Shown here piece by piece: positions 38,201 through 53,200 of a DNA stretch of 64,000 nt (position 1 is its first letter; the number at the start of each line of letters is the position of its first letter). Made by a program: the position numbers and the translations under genes. Below the pieces are notes generated by a model. That model did not search any database and had not been told where the DNA came from. It was given only the letters and a program-made list of their open reading frames with translations. Source of the DNA: Phoronis australis (lineage: Eukaryota; Animalia; Phoronida). The stretch covers positions 532,710 to 596,709 of the forward strand of contig NMRA01000253.1 of NCBI GenBank assembly GCA_002633005.1, in the 5' to 3' direction.

Positions 38201-41200
38201 ACAAAAAACCCATTCCCAACCCAGCCCATTGTTTGATCAAGTTAAGTTCACTAATTTATTTTATTTTTAGACATTGGCTGAGATCAAAATTCTGACTATG
38301 CTGCTGCAGATTCTTCCTCACAGTGAACATAAAATCCTTCGTCTATGGAATATTTCAAAAGATTCGCCATTTTTCGTACACCATAAGTATATCCCACCTC
38401 ACATATCAGTGAGAGTATGCCCACATTATGATAGCGGAAAGATGTTAAAGCGCTGTAAACCACTAGGTTAAAACGTCCTGTTCTTATTACATGGGATCTG
38501 TACGTGGTGCTTAACTCCTGCTCATCAAAGATGTGCACGTCATCTGGTGGTATAGTGAATATCCATACTGCATGGCTAGTAAAAATTATCAATTAAACCA
38601 TGGCAATGGACAGTAGAGAGGTCACTCCACCTAACACAATGCAACAAGTAAGTGATCAACAGAAATTTTGTCTTTCGTCCTATGAACAAAAAAATGCAAA
38701 AACTTGTCTTTTGTTTAACTTTTAGTAAACACTCGTTTGATGCTGTCCTTAAACTGTAGTTATCTCCCATGAAATTTAGGTTTGACTTGATCCAAAATGG
38801 CCATGTACCCGATTCACTAATCGGCGCATTTAGAAGTGAATGTGAAACTCGTCAAAAGGTGCGCTTGGCAGAAAACAGAACATTCAGTTCAGTTTGAAAT
38901 ACCTGTGCTTGATTTAGAACATCACTCAATAGATGGCGCTTTGGCTTCTCCCATTCCTTTCTTTTGAGCAGTCGCTTATACACTGACCCAGCCCGGGTAC
39001 ACGTGATTCCAGCCTCTCGTAATTCTTGTAGAGACTTAATGGAATCCTTCAGCTGGTACTCATCTAAAACGCAAATCAATCAACAAATAACACATTAATA
39101 ACACAGTAACTGAGAGAGAAATTCACAATCAGGTCATCTTTCAAAAAATATAGCTTCCCTACAATATTATTCACTTTAGATTTCAATGTTTTGATTGAAC
39201 CACATTTGAGAATCATCAAATGACTTAAAGTCCTAGTAAATAGACTCAAAACTGAGAGCTGGTCATGGCCAAAGTTACAGGTCATTATGAAGTTGCTAAA
39301 AAAGAGAATTCTCACCAAAGGTCAGCAGTGGATCTTGCTTGTTGATTGCTTTATACTCACAGCTCAATAACTCTAGATATTTAATGTATTCAGTGGGCAT
39401 CATCAATCTCATGAAGGCACGCAGCTTATGAACAAATGGAAGACTCTTCTCATATCGAAGATGCAGCACTGAAAAAAGAACAAATTAACCCAATGACTGA
39501 CAAAGCTATGAACAAAAGATGCAAACAATGCAAACTACAGACCCAAAACATGACTGGCTGAAGTGTGATTAATGTTGGCCAAGCTCTTTCCGAAAGACCT
39601 AGATTCTGAGGCGCCCATCTTATTACAGATCAAAAGAATTCAATTGTTTTTGCTAGATGACTGTTTATTTCATCTTAAGAAATTGAACAAAAAGTGAATG
39701 TTTACTGCCTGCAAATCGAAAACATTACATGTAGGCACCATTACTTTTCATTACCGAACCAGGAAGTTGGAAAGAAGAGTAATCATGTCAAATGTTAAAA
39801 TAAATCAATTTTTGTTAAAAAACTTACAAGAAAAAAGAAAACGGTTCATTTACTAGATGACAAACTTAATGTTAGAATAAAAATACAGTAACGAATGTTA
39901 TGAGGTTGATTTTTAAGTCGTAAAATGGTAAAAAAAAATTTTAAACAGCTAAAAAGAAGTGAAAAAGCAATTTGATCAACTATGGGTGGGTTGCTTATGA
40001 CCAGAAACAGTTGCCTAACAAAAGCTCCCAAAATACACTCTTTTCTCCCATTTTGACTGTCACACCCTATTCCACCACTTCCCCACCACATGAACTGAAT
40101 ACGTAAATTGTTAACATATTTTAGAAAATAGATTAACTGTTAGCATTTTCAATTATGTAGAATTAAACGCATGCATCTCCCATGACATCTAATGCATTAA
40201 TGCAAACTCCATTATCATACCATGATTTTATGTATGTATGCTAGTTTAGGTTGATAATTGAAGTTAACCTTCAGCTATGTGATGTTGCCAAATTCGTAAT
40301 TCAAAGAAAAGGAGCTTGGTCGGCATTCACCATTCGAAGAGTTGTCAAAAAGTTTGTCCCTAATGATGTGCTTTATGATTTGCCATCAGGTTATGAGAAC
40401 GAGCATTAGAAACTGTCACGTGACAATTGATAACGAGTGGCTATACTCAAAAGTGACAGTCATGCACGATATAAAAATTTGACAATTTTCCAAAAGAAGG
40501 AACTCTCAATACTGTTCTCCCTGGCAAGTCAACAAATATCGTATTTAAGAACTTCCAAGCAAAGTAACAGTAAAAGAGCCAACATTACACAAATTGGTGG
40601 ATATTGAACGATATGTTTGCCCTAAGTTGAGATTTGCTGTGAGTCGTCAATTACCACTAAATCTGTACAGCTCAGAACATTACTCGTGGATGAACTAATT
40701 ATTCAACTAACATAACTTACTTCACCCCATTCAACATGTGTTTGCATTACAACTGGGAAAGCATAAAAATGTTTTTTTGAAATTTAGCCCAGAATGGGAT
40801 GTTTTCACAAAGCAATCATGGTGACTGATCACAGCAGTACGGGCATATTCTAAATATGATAGTATGACTTTTATGGAGGACAACATGACTGCTGAAGACA
40901 CAGAAGTTTGATTGACAAGTTTGTCTCAGCTCAAGTACTAACTGTACAGCATTCTGTAGACCTACTTGCTCGTAAAAACAGCAAGATCTCACAAAACCAC
41001 GCAAAATCACACGAGAGAAAAGCGAGTGTTTCTAGAGTAATCTCACAAGCTTACTAGCCTATCCAACTACCAAAATGTCAGCCACTGATTAGCCAGAACA
41101 GGTAAGAGAGTTAACTTGTGGGTTTGAATTCAGTTTCTATTCCATGAGTGAAGAACTTAAAAGAAAAAATTAGATCAAAAGGAAGTAGACCAACCATGAT

Positions 41201-44200
41201 TTTTCCGAACATTCAGCAGCCCGTAATGTTTAATAATCCTTTTCCGTCGTTGACGTTCCTTGAGACGGCTTCGGTAAATATCCATCACAGCCAGTTTAGC
41301 TTCTGAAAGTTATAAATAACACACTGACAGGGTGAACACAGTCCACAGAACATGTTTTGTGATGACATTGGTTGCACTTGATTCACTGGAACAGCCGTGC
41401 CAACTGACTAAGACACCTGACTGGTTTATAAGCTGGAAGTCATCATCGAGGTGCAATCCAACGTCCTCGCCAGATTAATGTTGATATACTAACAGAGGTC
41501 AATTCCTGTAACTGTAAAGAACAACAAGTCACCGACTTTAAGTTAAAAGTGGCTCAATAAATTTTTGGGTTTTTTGCATTGAAAATGTTAATATCATTCA
41601 GCACAGAATGGTGCATGAGAACTATCATGCTACAAAGGTGAACCATTCCTTCCTAAGAGACTACACAACCAACCACGTAATATACATAACTTCTTAGCAT
41701 CCTAAAAGCAGTGAGAAGACAGACACAGAGTTTGCACTTGGCTGAAAAAAACCAAGTGACCAATGCTCCAACCTAGAACTTAAGGAATTACTCTACATCA
41801 AGGAGTCATTGGCAATTCAGGAGCAGCATGCTACTGATTCTCTCAATAACATGCAGAGCTCATCGACCCTACAATTATGGTCCCTGTATCTCTTGCAGTT
41901 GCTACTCTCATTTCACTACATGGATGTGAGCTGACTGGTATTCGACAAGAGTTCCACCCTCATTTACAGATGACAAGGGTAGTGCTGGCCAGTCCGTGTC
42001 CAAGTACTTACATTAAAAATCACCCGATTGGCAAATTTGTTTGCAGTACAAAAGTATTCAAAATGAAAATTCTTTCTGGAGTGCATGATAGTTTTTCACA
42101 TTAGGCTTTATACGCCATTGTTGTTCTGAAATGTCTGGGGCCCTAATTTCAAACAGCTAGTTAGCGTTGGACTTTGAGACTCATTGTTTGCATATCGCAG
42201 CTGGACAGCAACACACTCTCAATGCAAATGTACTGCCACAACAGCAGTTGACAATAGAGTAGAAGCTACAAGAACTGAAGGGCATCACGAAGACCTTCAG
42301 CAATATCATTTGCTTAATGAGCCAGACTGGTTTTCATTGTTCAGAGCCAGTGATATCTGCATAGAAGTTTACACTGTTACACCGCCATATGTAGATGCTG
42401 TGATCAGTGGGTTACCCATTCATAACATGAGTAGGCCTAATCATATTTTTCTCCAGAATTTCCTTAGAATTTCCTACACCTTTCTTCTTTCTCCACCAAT
42501 TTACCCATCTCCAGTTTGTCTTCATTTTCTTCATTGAAATAGATGTCTTTGACATCCATTTCAGCAAAGTTGTCATGCTCCGTAGTGAAGTCGCCCCTTG
42601 CCGGCATGTAACCTGCCATTTCCAGTTGCCATGGAGAGCCGTGTGTGGGCCTGGGTGGGTCTTCACCATCTACAAATGAAGGAACTCATAGCCATATACC
42701 AAATGAAGCTATGGGTGCATTTTCAGGAGCAGTGCCTATTCCTGAAAAGTATACCATTCTCAAAACACTTGAATGTTCAATCTTCTATTACACTTTATGG
42801 CAATTCATTATGATCAAAGAAGATTAATTTAAGGTGCAAAACTGATCAATGTGACAGTTTTGTAAAAATTCAGAATAATATGAAGCCCCGATAGCCTGTT
42901 CAGAATAACGTGAAGGCAAGACAACCTGTTCAGAATGATGTGAAAAGCGTTTTACCTGCCAGTTCTATTCACTATTATTCTGATATGTGTGCAGTGTAGG
43001 CCCGTTATTAGTCTTCACTATCGTTGTTTGCAGAGTTTACATGATGTAAGTAGAAGTATAAGAGTTCTTTTTTGCTTACTTGTCATTACATTTCTAGTTT
43101 GTGCATTGCATTATCTCGTGTCCCTAGTTTTAGAATTTTCACTCCATTTACTTTCGCCACATTTCCTCCTTAGTGGTTCATGCCGGGAGTTTGGGCGTTG
43201 TTCGCTGTGACCTTGAGATTGCAGTTCATAAACCAGTTAGTTTTTTGCGCCTATATTTTGGTTATAACTATTGACTCAGAGTATGATTTGATATTTCGTC
43301 CTGTTTGGGTCACTGGCTCATGGTGGATTTTTGATAAATTATGTTCGAATTCGTTTTCCTACCTAGTGTTTTGATATTAAAGATCAAAGGTCAACTCATG
43401 CTGCCATTTTGTTACCTGTATATTTTCATGGTTGGTGTATATTATGGTTTTTGTTTTTAATGTCATTACTTTGCTTGCAGTATATTTCGTAGTAGTGACT
43501 ACGTGTAGTGTTTGTTTCAGTTAACAGTTGGTCAATGTAATGTGAAGTAAATCGAATAAAGCATACTATAGAATAACCTACCTTTCCCTCGATAGCCGAC
43601 AAAGCCGCAGAATAAGGGGTATTTATTTGTTTTGTATAATATATAATATAAGAAGGCCACAAAGAGTGTAGCAAAAGTCCAAGCCATCTCAAACAAGGAG
43701 AGTGCTGTCGTCTCTTTGATTGCAACTCATTTGCTCAATTTCTTGAAACATTCATAAACTTAAGGAACAAGGTGGATTTAGGAAGGAAACCTAAACTGCC
43801 ACTAAGGAACACCTCGGCATTCGGACACAAAATCGATGTTAAGCGTACTCTCCTCTGACACATCAAATTTCATGAAGATCCATCAACTTGAAGAAACTTG
43901 GTAGATGTTGAGGCAAAAACAATATTGCCACTGGTGGGGAGGGGTGTCACCATAGTTAGATCCGCCCAAAAATAAACACCAGTTGTGATGATCTCAATGG
44001 GAATATATTCTGCGAAAATTGATGATTCTTCATAGGCTTTGGGTGATTAAAGAGGTGGATGCCAAAAATGGTAATAGTCGGATTTAATGTGCCTACAATT
44101 TGAGAACCAGTTTTCTCCACTAAAAAAGGACTTCAAACTGGTTCGCAAAAAGCTAGCATGTTATCTCCAACTATTGCTCCAAAATAATAATGACCATTAG

Positions 44201-47200
44201 TGGGTGCAGAAAATGTTAAGCCATATGAAAATGAGAATGTGACTGTCGTCACCTCATTAATAGCAACAGTCGGCTAAATTTTGTGAAAATTCTTTGAGGA
44301 ACATGGTAAATACATATACTAGGTTATCCCACTTACATAAGAAAACTACAGCTATATCCTGTTGACAATTCATTTCATTTTGGGATGTCCTAACGAGACC
44401 AAAGCATACTAGGTAATAGAATTTGATGTATATTATATAATATTGCATATATCTTTGTTCATAGTGCTTTACTGGTGATAAAAACCAAAGAATTATTTTG
44501 TCTTGTGCAAGTGCTCTTTGCCAGTAATGTAAGGGAAATGTACGAGTATTTTCATTTTGCCTCAGTCTTTTCAGTTTTCCTACCAATACGAATATAAAGA
44601 GTAGAATCAGTCCCCCCGCGTTTTTCACATGGCGAAATCTACCAACAAAAGGTGGTTTGGCAGATACAGGGGCAGACCCCAAAAAACTGATGCATTAACA
44701 ACAAAACATGGTCATTAGGCAGCACATTTATGAAAAAATCTGTCCTTAAATGAGAACCTGGTGTTGATGCCATAATTATAGTAACATATTTACAGCATTT
44801 CAAGAAAATCTGTCAAGAAACTCAGTTGATACCCGAGATAAATATAAACAAGCATCTGTCACTGGGAGACCATATTGCCCCAACCAGCACAAGGTGTTGC
44901 CTAAGGCTTAAGGCCACCCAAACCCCTCAACTAAGGCACTGCTTGGAGAAAGGCCACACTGCATCCACATCTAAGCCACTGTTGCTTAACAATACATAAA
45001 TTTTTGAGGTTATAATTTTAAATGGTAATGAGTGATTTTGATAGAAATTGAAATTGTTGAATTGAGCCTCGAAAAACTCATCTCTAAACAACATAATCAA
45101 AATCATACAGGGTGCGGCATTCATTCTGAGTGCACCTTCCTTTATTCTGTTCATGTCTCTATAACACAAAAATAAGATTCACGTTTAATGTCTATTTAAT
45201 AATGGAATGATAATGTTGTTGTCATCTTGAAAATACGACCAAGCTCATCAAACTTGACTGAAGCTTCCTTCTTGAGATATTCACAACACTGCATGATGTA
45301 TGTACATTGCCCCAACATTTTCTAATTACAAAGTCAAGTTTCTCATTGTGACTTTGAAAATGATGTTGAGGTTACCAAAATCGACTGGCGCCTGCACATG
45401 CCCCACCCCCTTAGCACAAAATAAGAACAAAATCTAATTAAGCTTCCTTCTTGAGATATCATGCCAACAACATTGTGTGATGTACAGTATGTAAATACCG
45501 TTGTGAATACTATGTCCACCGCTTCACCCAAACAGGCAGCAAGGGACAAAAACTAAAACTACCATTACGGGCCACTGCAGACAGTCAAATCTGTTAAAAA
45601 ATTGGTTGTGCCATCCCATCTATGATAGGAAAATGTCTGCAAAGTATCATCCATGTTTTTGGAGATACAGTACACAAGCACGCAAACAAACGGACAAAAA
45701 TTACTCTGGAATTTCAGCTGAAAGTCTTTTTATCATTTACAAGCTTAATACTTAGACCTCACCACCATGAACTCTATACTTACATCTTACTGGGATTGGA
45801 GCCGGGACGAACTCATAGTCATCATTCCCAAATACTGTAATGTACAATGAGAGGAGAAAAGTCACATAGATTGTAATACCCAAGTTATACTTCAAGTTAT
45901 ACTGGCCATGGCTCATTGACTTACCAACTGGTTTGGTCACTATTGGTCAAATTTTATCACATAATGGACAATAACCGAACAAATTAAAGAGTAGTTCATA
46001 GACATTTCATCTATTCATTAGTATACATCATCAGGATACAAACACTCAGACATCAAGTGTCGACATACGAGTCAAGTTACATCCATAAAGTGAAATGAGT
46101 GCCACAACATTTACAGGAAATAGTATACAGGTCATCACCATAGCTGTAGTGTAACTCAGCTCTGCAGAACCAGCAGCATGCTGGTCTTGAATGGCCAGTG
46201 ACTCTTTAACGTAAAGTCATTCCTTTACAGATTATACTGACTGAATTAGCTTGGTGATTGTTACTCTGTGAACTTCTTCCCCTGTGCGGCGATTGTATGT
46301 TTTCGATTCTATTATGAACAAAAACTGATGTAATGATCAAATTTTAATTATTCAAATGGAGTTTAGTAAGTAACAGTATTGACTTTGTGTCCCCATGTGC
46401 AAAAGTGGTACATTTTAAAGAACAATTTCCAAACGATTTGGAGAACAGTGCATAAAGTATCAAGTTTCAGGAAATACTTCCATTCTACAAGTTAGTGTAA
46501 CTCCACCAGTCGTACTTTCATTTATCAAGATTTAGTGCTTACGTGCAAAAAACAAAGACAGTCAACTTCAAGTCTTTGTTGGAAAATTTTAAGATAGGAG
46601 CTCTGCTTAACAAGCTTGGTCACGCTACAGAACAAATGTGAGCTATCATTCTATTCTCTAGCAGGTAAGCCCCATATTTCATTGTCCACAATCTGCTACT
46701 TTTTATTCAATTCTCCCACATGAGGGCTGACCTCTATATAGATCCTCGAGCGTAGACCCGATTGACTGCTCTGACAAGGGTCCACCCCCAACTTCTTACA
46801 TTTAGTATGTACAGCGCTTTGAAACCTACATTCTTGGCAAAAGCATTATGGCTTTTTGCCTGAATGTCTTAATGATTTATTAATCTTAAGGAATAATTAA
46901 TATAAGCAATGCCGTTCTAGCTTGATTGTTTAGTGAATGTTTAACAGCCATAAGATGAGAATGGATAGAAAAAATAATTGCAGGCGGGCTGGTATACGTT
47001 GTACCAGACGTGGGCAGGCCGGGCATGTGAGTCCCTTGCAGAGATCACCTGGAACCATTTTAGCCATAAACCTGACTCAAGGGTCTAGGCAGGTGGTCCA
47101 GAGTGGGGTTCTATTACACGAGGCCACACTGCTTCCACTGAGAATGCCTACAGATACTTCACGATTAACTTACAAGGATTTGTTCACATAAAATTATCAC

Positions 47201-50200
47201 AACCACACCTCTGCCATCAATGAAAAAAAGAGAGCGCTCGGAGGAGCGACACTTGGCGAAATTACGCGAAAACAGGACGATGGGGAGGACGACGATCATG
47301 ACGATGAAGGCGAAGATTATGAACAAGACGATAACATTCATGTGAATAGCGAACAAATCAGTACGAAATAGCCTGCAGTCTTGTTCACACACCCGTTTTC
47401 TCGGACGGCAGACGATAGAGGTTGATAGCAAATGCCAGCCACTGGTTTGCATAAAAAGTTGATAAAAGCATGGCTTTTCTCATTCAAAAACCCAAATAAA
47501 TCAGTTTTCTGGCATCTGTTTACAACAGATTCCTTGAACAACGAGCCAAACCTGACATACGCCCTGTATATGAATTGTAGGCACTAGAAAATGCCCCGTG
47601 GCCGTGGCCTGACTGTTCAGTGCTACCAACAATCTTGAGCTACAGGCGAAATGAATGACAATGATGATTGTGATGATGAAGGTAGCGATTATGAGGAACA
47701 CTCATGTGACTAGAGAAGATGCGAGAAATCAGTAAATAGGCTACAGTCTTGAGCAACACTTGGCGAACAGCAAAATCGGTCAACAAAGGAATAGCGTTTT
47801 CAGAAACTCAAATAATTCAAAAAGTAGACGTCCTAGCGACAAATTGAAAATCTCTTCTGAAAGTTCGTTCAAAACTCTATGAAACCTGGCAGTTTCGCAA
47901 CATTCCAAGAATTTTTGGAAAAAATTGAAATTTTGCGTTTTTTTTGAAATTCAAAGTCAAATTAATCAAAAACGGTAAGTCTGAGAAAAATGTTATCGCA
48001 GAACTTTTGAAAGAGCATACTTCCAGGAATCCACATGCAAAAATTCACGTCATTTGCTCTTCCCATTAAAAATGCGACTGCAGAACGATCGAAAATGGGT
48101 TAAAATGCACCAGGCCGCCATCTTGAAAGTGACTTCCGGTTTAACAAAATTTTGTTANACTGACTGAATTAGCTTGGTGATTGTTACTCTGTGAACTTCT
48201 TCCCCTGTGCGGCGATTGTACGTTTTCGATTCTATTATGCACAAAAACTGATGTAATGATCAAATTTTAATTATTCAAATGGAGTTTAGTAAGTAACAGT
48301 ATTGACTTTGTGTCCCCATGTGCAAAAGTGGGACATTTTAAAGAAGAACTTCCAAACGATTTGGAGAACAGTGCATAAAATATCAAGTTTCAGGAAATAC
48401 TTCCGTTCTACAAGTTAGTATAACTCCACCAGTCGTACTTTCATTTATCAAGATTTAGTGCTTACGTGCAAAAAACAAAGACAGTCAACTTCATGTCTTT
48501 GTTGGAAAATTTTAAGATAGGAGCTCTGCTTAACAAGCTTGGTCACGCTACAGAACAAATGTGAGCTATCATTCTATTCTCTAGCAGGTAAGCCCCATAT
48601 TTCATTGTCCACAATCTGCTACTTTTTATTCAATTCTCCCACATGAGGGCTGACCTCTATATAGATCCTCGAGCGTAGACCCGATTGACTGCTCTGACAA
48701 GGGTCCACCCCCAACTTCTTACATTTAGTATGTACAGCGCTTTGAAACCTACATTCTTGGCAAAAGCATTATGGCTTTTTGCCTGAATGTCTTAATGATT
48801 TATTAATCTTAAGGAATAATTAATATAAGCAATGCCGTTCTAGCTTGATTGTTTAGTGAATGTTTAACAGCCATAAGATGAGAATGGATAGAAAAAATAA
48901 TTGCAGGCGGGCTGGTATACGTTGTACCAGACGTGGGCAGGCCGGGCATGTGAGTCCCTTGCAGAGATCACCTGGAACCATTTTAGCCATAAACCTGACT
49001 CAAGGGTCTAGGCAGGTGGTCCAGAGTGGGGTTCTATTACACGAGGCCACACTGCTTCCACTGAGAATGCCTACAGATACTTCACGATTAACTTACAAGG
49101 ATTTGTTCACATAAAATTATCACAACCACACCTCTGCCATCAATGAAAAAACGAGAGCGCTCGAAGGAGCGACACTTGGCGAAATTACGCGAAAACAGGA
49201 CGATTGGGAGGACGACGATCATGACGATGAAGGCGGAGATTATGAACAACACGATAACATTCATGTGAATAGCGAACAAATCAGTAAGAAATAGCCTGCA
49301 GTCTTGTTCACGCACCCGTTTTCTCGGACGGCAGACGATAGAGGTTGATAGCAAATGCCAGCCACTGGTTTGCATCAAAAGTTGATAAAAACATGGCTTT
49401 TCTCATTCAAAAACCCAAATAAATCAGTTTTCTGGCATCTATTTACAACAGATTCCTTGAACAACGAGCCAAACCTGACATACGCCCTGTATATGAATTG
49501 TAGGCACTAGAAAATGCCCCGTGGCCGTGGCCTGACTGTTCAGTGCTACCTACAATCTTGAGCTACAGGCGAAATGAATGACAATGATGATTGTGATGAT
49601 GAAGGTGGCGATTATGAGGAACACTCATGTGACTAGAGAAGATGCGAGAAATCAGTAAATAGGCTACAGTCTTGAGCAACACTTGGCGAACAGCAAAATC
49701 GGTCAACAAAGGAATAGCGTTTTCAGAAACTCAAGTAATTCAAAAAGTAGACGTCCTAGCGACAAATTGAAAATCTCTTCTGAAAGTTCATTCAAAACTC
49801 TATGTAACCTGGCAGTTTCGCAACATTCCAAGAATTTTTGGAAAAAAAATGAAATTTTGCGTTTTTTTGAAATCCAAAGTCAAATTAATCAAAAACGGTA
49901 AGTCTGAGAAAAATGTTATCGCAGAACTTTTGAAAGAGCATACTTCCTGGAATCCACATGCAAAAATTCACGTCATTTGCTCTTCTCGTTAAAAATGCGA
50001 CTGCAGAACGATCGAAAATGGGTTAAAATGCACCAGGCCGCCATCGTAAAAGTGACTTCCGGTTTAACAAAATTTTGTTAAAGCTGATAAAAAGCAACAA
50101 ACACGTGACCAGTTTGAAAATGATTGGTTCGCCAATGCAACCTCTACAGGAGAAAACGTTTTCGGCCAGTTATCGAGATGAGCATGCGCCATTGCCGATA

Positions 50201-53200
50201 TTTCCGCCATCTTTGACTGCACCTTAAAGATTTACGGCGCAGTTGTAGTGCTTGTGTGCTATAATAATCGTACCAATGTTCAGCCCTGCACGTCGAAAAA
50301 TGCGGCCTCTATGAGCAATGTCTTCATGGTCTTCTTCAACAGTAGCTAAACCAACATCAGTAGAGCAAGAGCTGTCAACAAAGGAACAGCGCTATGAGAA
50401 AACCTTGAATAATTCAAAAAGTAGACGACGTAGCGAAAAATGGAAAATATCTTCTGTAAGCCCGTCCAAAACTCTATCTAAATTATTAGTTTCGCAACAT
50501 TCCATAAATTCTTCGAAAAAAATGAAATTTTGCATTTTTTGAAATTCAATTAAGTCAAATAACTCGAAAACGGTAAGTCTGAGAAAACAATTATAGCAGA
50601 ACTTTTGAAAGTGCATACTTCAAGGAATCCACATGCAAAAATTGACGTCATTTGCTCTTCCCATTAAAAATGCGACAGTAGAACGATTGAAAATGAGTGA
50701 AAGTGCGCAAGAGACCGCCATCTTGAAAGTGACTTCCGGTTAAACAAAATTTTGTTAAAGCTGATCAAAAGCAACAAACACATGACCAGTTTGAAAGTGA
50801 TTGGTTCGACAATGCACCCTCTACAGGAGATGTTTTTGGCCAGATATCGAGGTGCACATGCACCATTGCCAATATTTCCGCCATCTTTATCCGGAAGTCA
50901 AAGTTTTTCGGCATAGTTGTAGCACGTGTTCTATAATAATCGTACCAAGTTTCAGCTCTGTACCTCAAAAAATGCGGCCTCTGTGAGCATTTGAATGTGA
51001 AATCGGAAAAAAAGGGCCGCCACGTCCGCCATTTTGAATTCGATCATGACCAAAAACCATAGGCTTCTAGGACTTTCTGATCCACACGTAGAGCAAATTT
51101 TGTGAGAATCGGACCAAAATTGTGACATGCAGAGTGCGAACAAAAAAAACTTGACGATAGAGCAACATACCTGTCGGAATTCGAAGAATTCCGCCAAATA
51201 ATAACTGAAGTGAGACTGTGCATCTTTTTGGAGGCCTAAAATTCAGCAACTTCAAACAGAGAGGAAACAAAAAATACCTCCATTAGTTAATCCACCAGAC
51301 ATAGTTCGATGGTGGAAACCAGACGAATGCAAAGGTGAAAGACCTTAGAAAAATGCTAAAATTTGGCTAAAATTGGAACACCTTATCTCGGAAATGACTC
51401 ATCTGATTCATATGAAATTTCCAGCTAATGGTTGGTGCAACGTGTAACAGACCGCCTAAATTGTACCTTCTGACGAAGGAAATTAAATCAAATCAGTTAA
51501 AGTGCTACTCGCCAGTGAAATACATTCTATTTCCACCATAACACTTGCACTACTGTGTGCTCACAAAATCGCACCGTCCTGTAATTTCCCATCACAGAAC
51601 TACAACATAAAAAGTACTTACCTGGCATATCTGCATGACCACCGTCAACATAGAACTTGAAATAATGCGCTCGGCACTCCTGTTTAGTTTTTGTGCGGAC
51701 TTGATTGGATACATCTTGCCTACAATATTGAAAACAGGAATTTGTATGACAACGATTAAAATTTCAGTCTATCAATTAGGCAGTGCATTTCCAAATCATA
51801 AACTTCTTAGGAAACAAAAAACAAGAGATAAATGTTTAACTCTTGTACAAAACTAAAACCAAAAGACTTTAAATCAACTCAAACGTAATAATGTATAGTT
51901 ATCAACAGGTAAAAATGCCCAGGGGGTGATAAATATGTCAAAGAATTGTCAACATTTTATGCACTTGCGCTACCTATGGCATGACGAATGTTACAATATT
52001 GGTACATTGTAAATTCTGACGTAGATGACATTTTTTGATACCGAGTGAATAAAATCAGTATCTGGCTTTCTACATCAATAGTGAAACTGAACAGTGAAAT
52101 ACAATACACTGTCTGGCAATTTAAGTTGTAATGCAACCATTGCATTATTCGTGCCTAGCTGACCTGCTACATTGAAAGCTGTTTACATCAATGTGACAAT
52201 AATGTTTGAAAATACCTTTTAGCAAGTAACAGATACAAAATTATTATCACCCAAATTCCAAATGCTTCTCCACAGTGTCATTGTTTTTAAGAACCCAGTT
52301 TTGCCAATAGGGGTAGCCACAGCAACTTATGACAACAATGACTGGCAAACTCTATGATAATAGAGAGGTTTTGCAAAGTGAACATGAATTATCACGCATA
52401 TATAATTCTGCTTCATACGTGCCATTGTTGGCTGTGACATAATCCCGATAGTGTTTGCGTATTTTACGTGAATACAGGGAGATTTATGTCACTTTAAATG
52501 CGAAACCTGTGGCCCCTTTTTAATTCTTATTTGGCAAGACATCGAAACAATTTTTATTTCGATAGGGTTCTCAATCTTTCTTCTTTGTTTCAGTATAAAA
52601 TGAACATGATTTTTTGTCTATAAATGTTCTTAAAGCCTAGATGAACGAAGTAGTAAACATATTTCCACTCGATTGAAGGTGGTTCTTTAAAATTTTATTA
52701 CTGGCTACAGGTTAATAAAATTATGTATTTGAAACTTCCTGAGTTCTAATGAAGATCAAGTATTATGATACACATATGTGGAATATTGCAAAATCGGACA
52801 ATTTTCATGAACAAGGTTTGAGTTAACCTTAACAAAAGTATAGTGTAACAAAGCAATGACCATACAGACTAAGTCTCAATTTGTATTTCAAATTATAATT
52901 TAAAAATAGCAAAGCAATCAAACCAAACTAAATGACCATAAATTTCAGTGTCAATGTTCAAATAAATTGAATGATGGAATCATGAAAATATATTTGCACT
53001 GTTATTGCATTCGTTTCAACAGTTCAAACTAATGCAACATGACGTAACGTTTCACATTAAATGATACAATCAACAAGACTGTGGTCACTCAGCGGCACCA
53101 TCTTTCTTCAGTTGTTTAACACACAAAGCCCCACCTCATGACAGCGGCAGACTACACCGTCATTTGTCAATCACTAGAGAACAACTTACACACAAAGCAC

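Noticed and set aside
37677-38770. Several 60-100 aa minus-strand ORFs within a TADA2A intron
   Set aside because: No recognisable motifs or consistent splice structure; not needed for the TADA2A frame.
42700-42741. Extra TADA2A exon just upstream of the DPPRP exon
   Set aside because: Would need a ~30-nt intron; exon 45834-45784 already bridges the frame.
46236-50080. Duplicated 84-aa and 95-aa ORFs as tandem genes
   Set aside because: Intronic, no recognisable domain, and the junction is a single-N join, so most likely redundant haplotypes.
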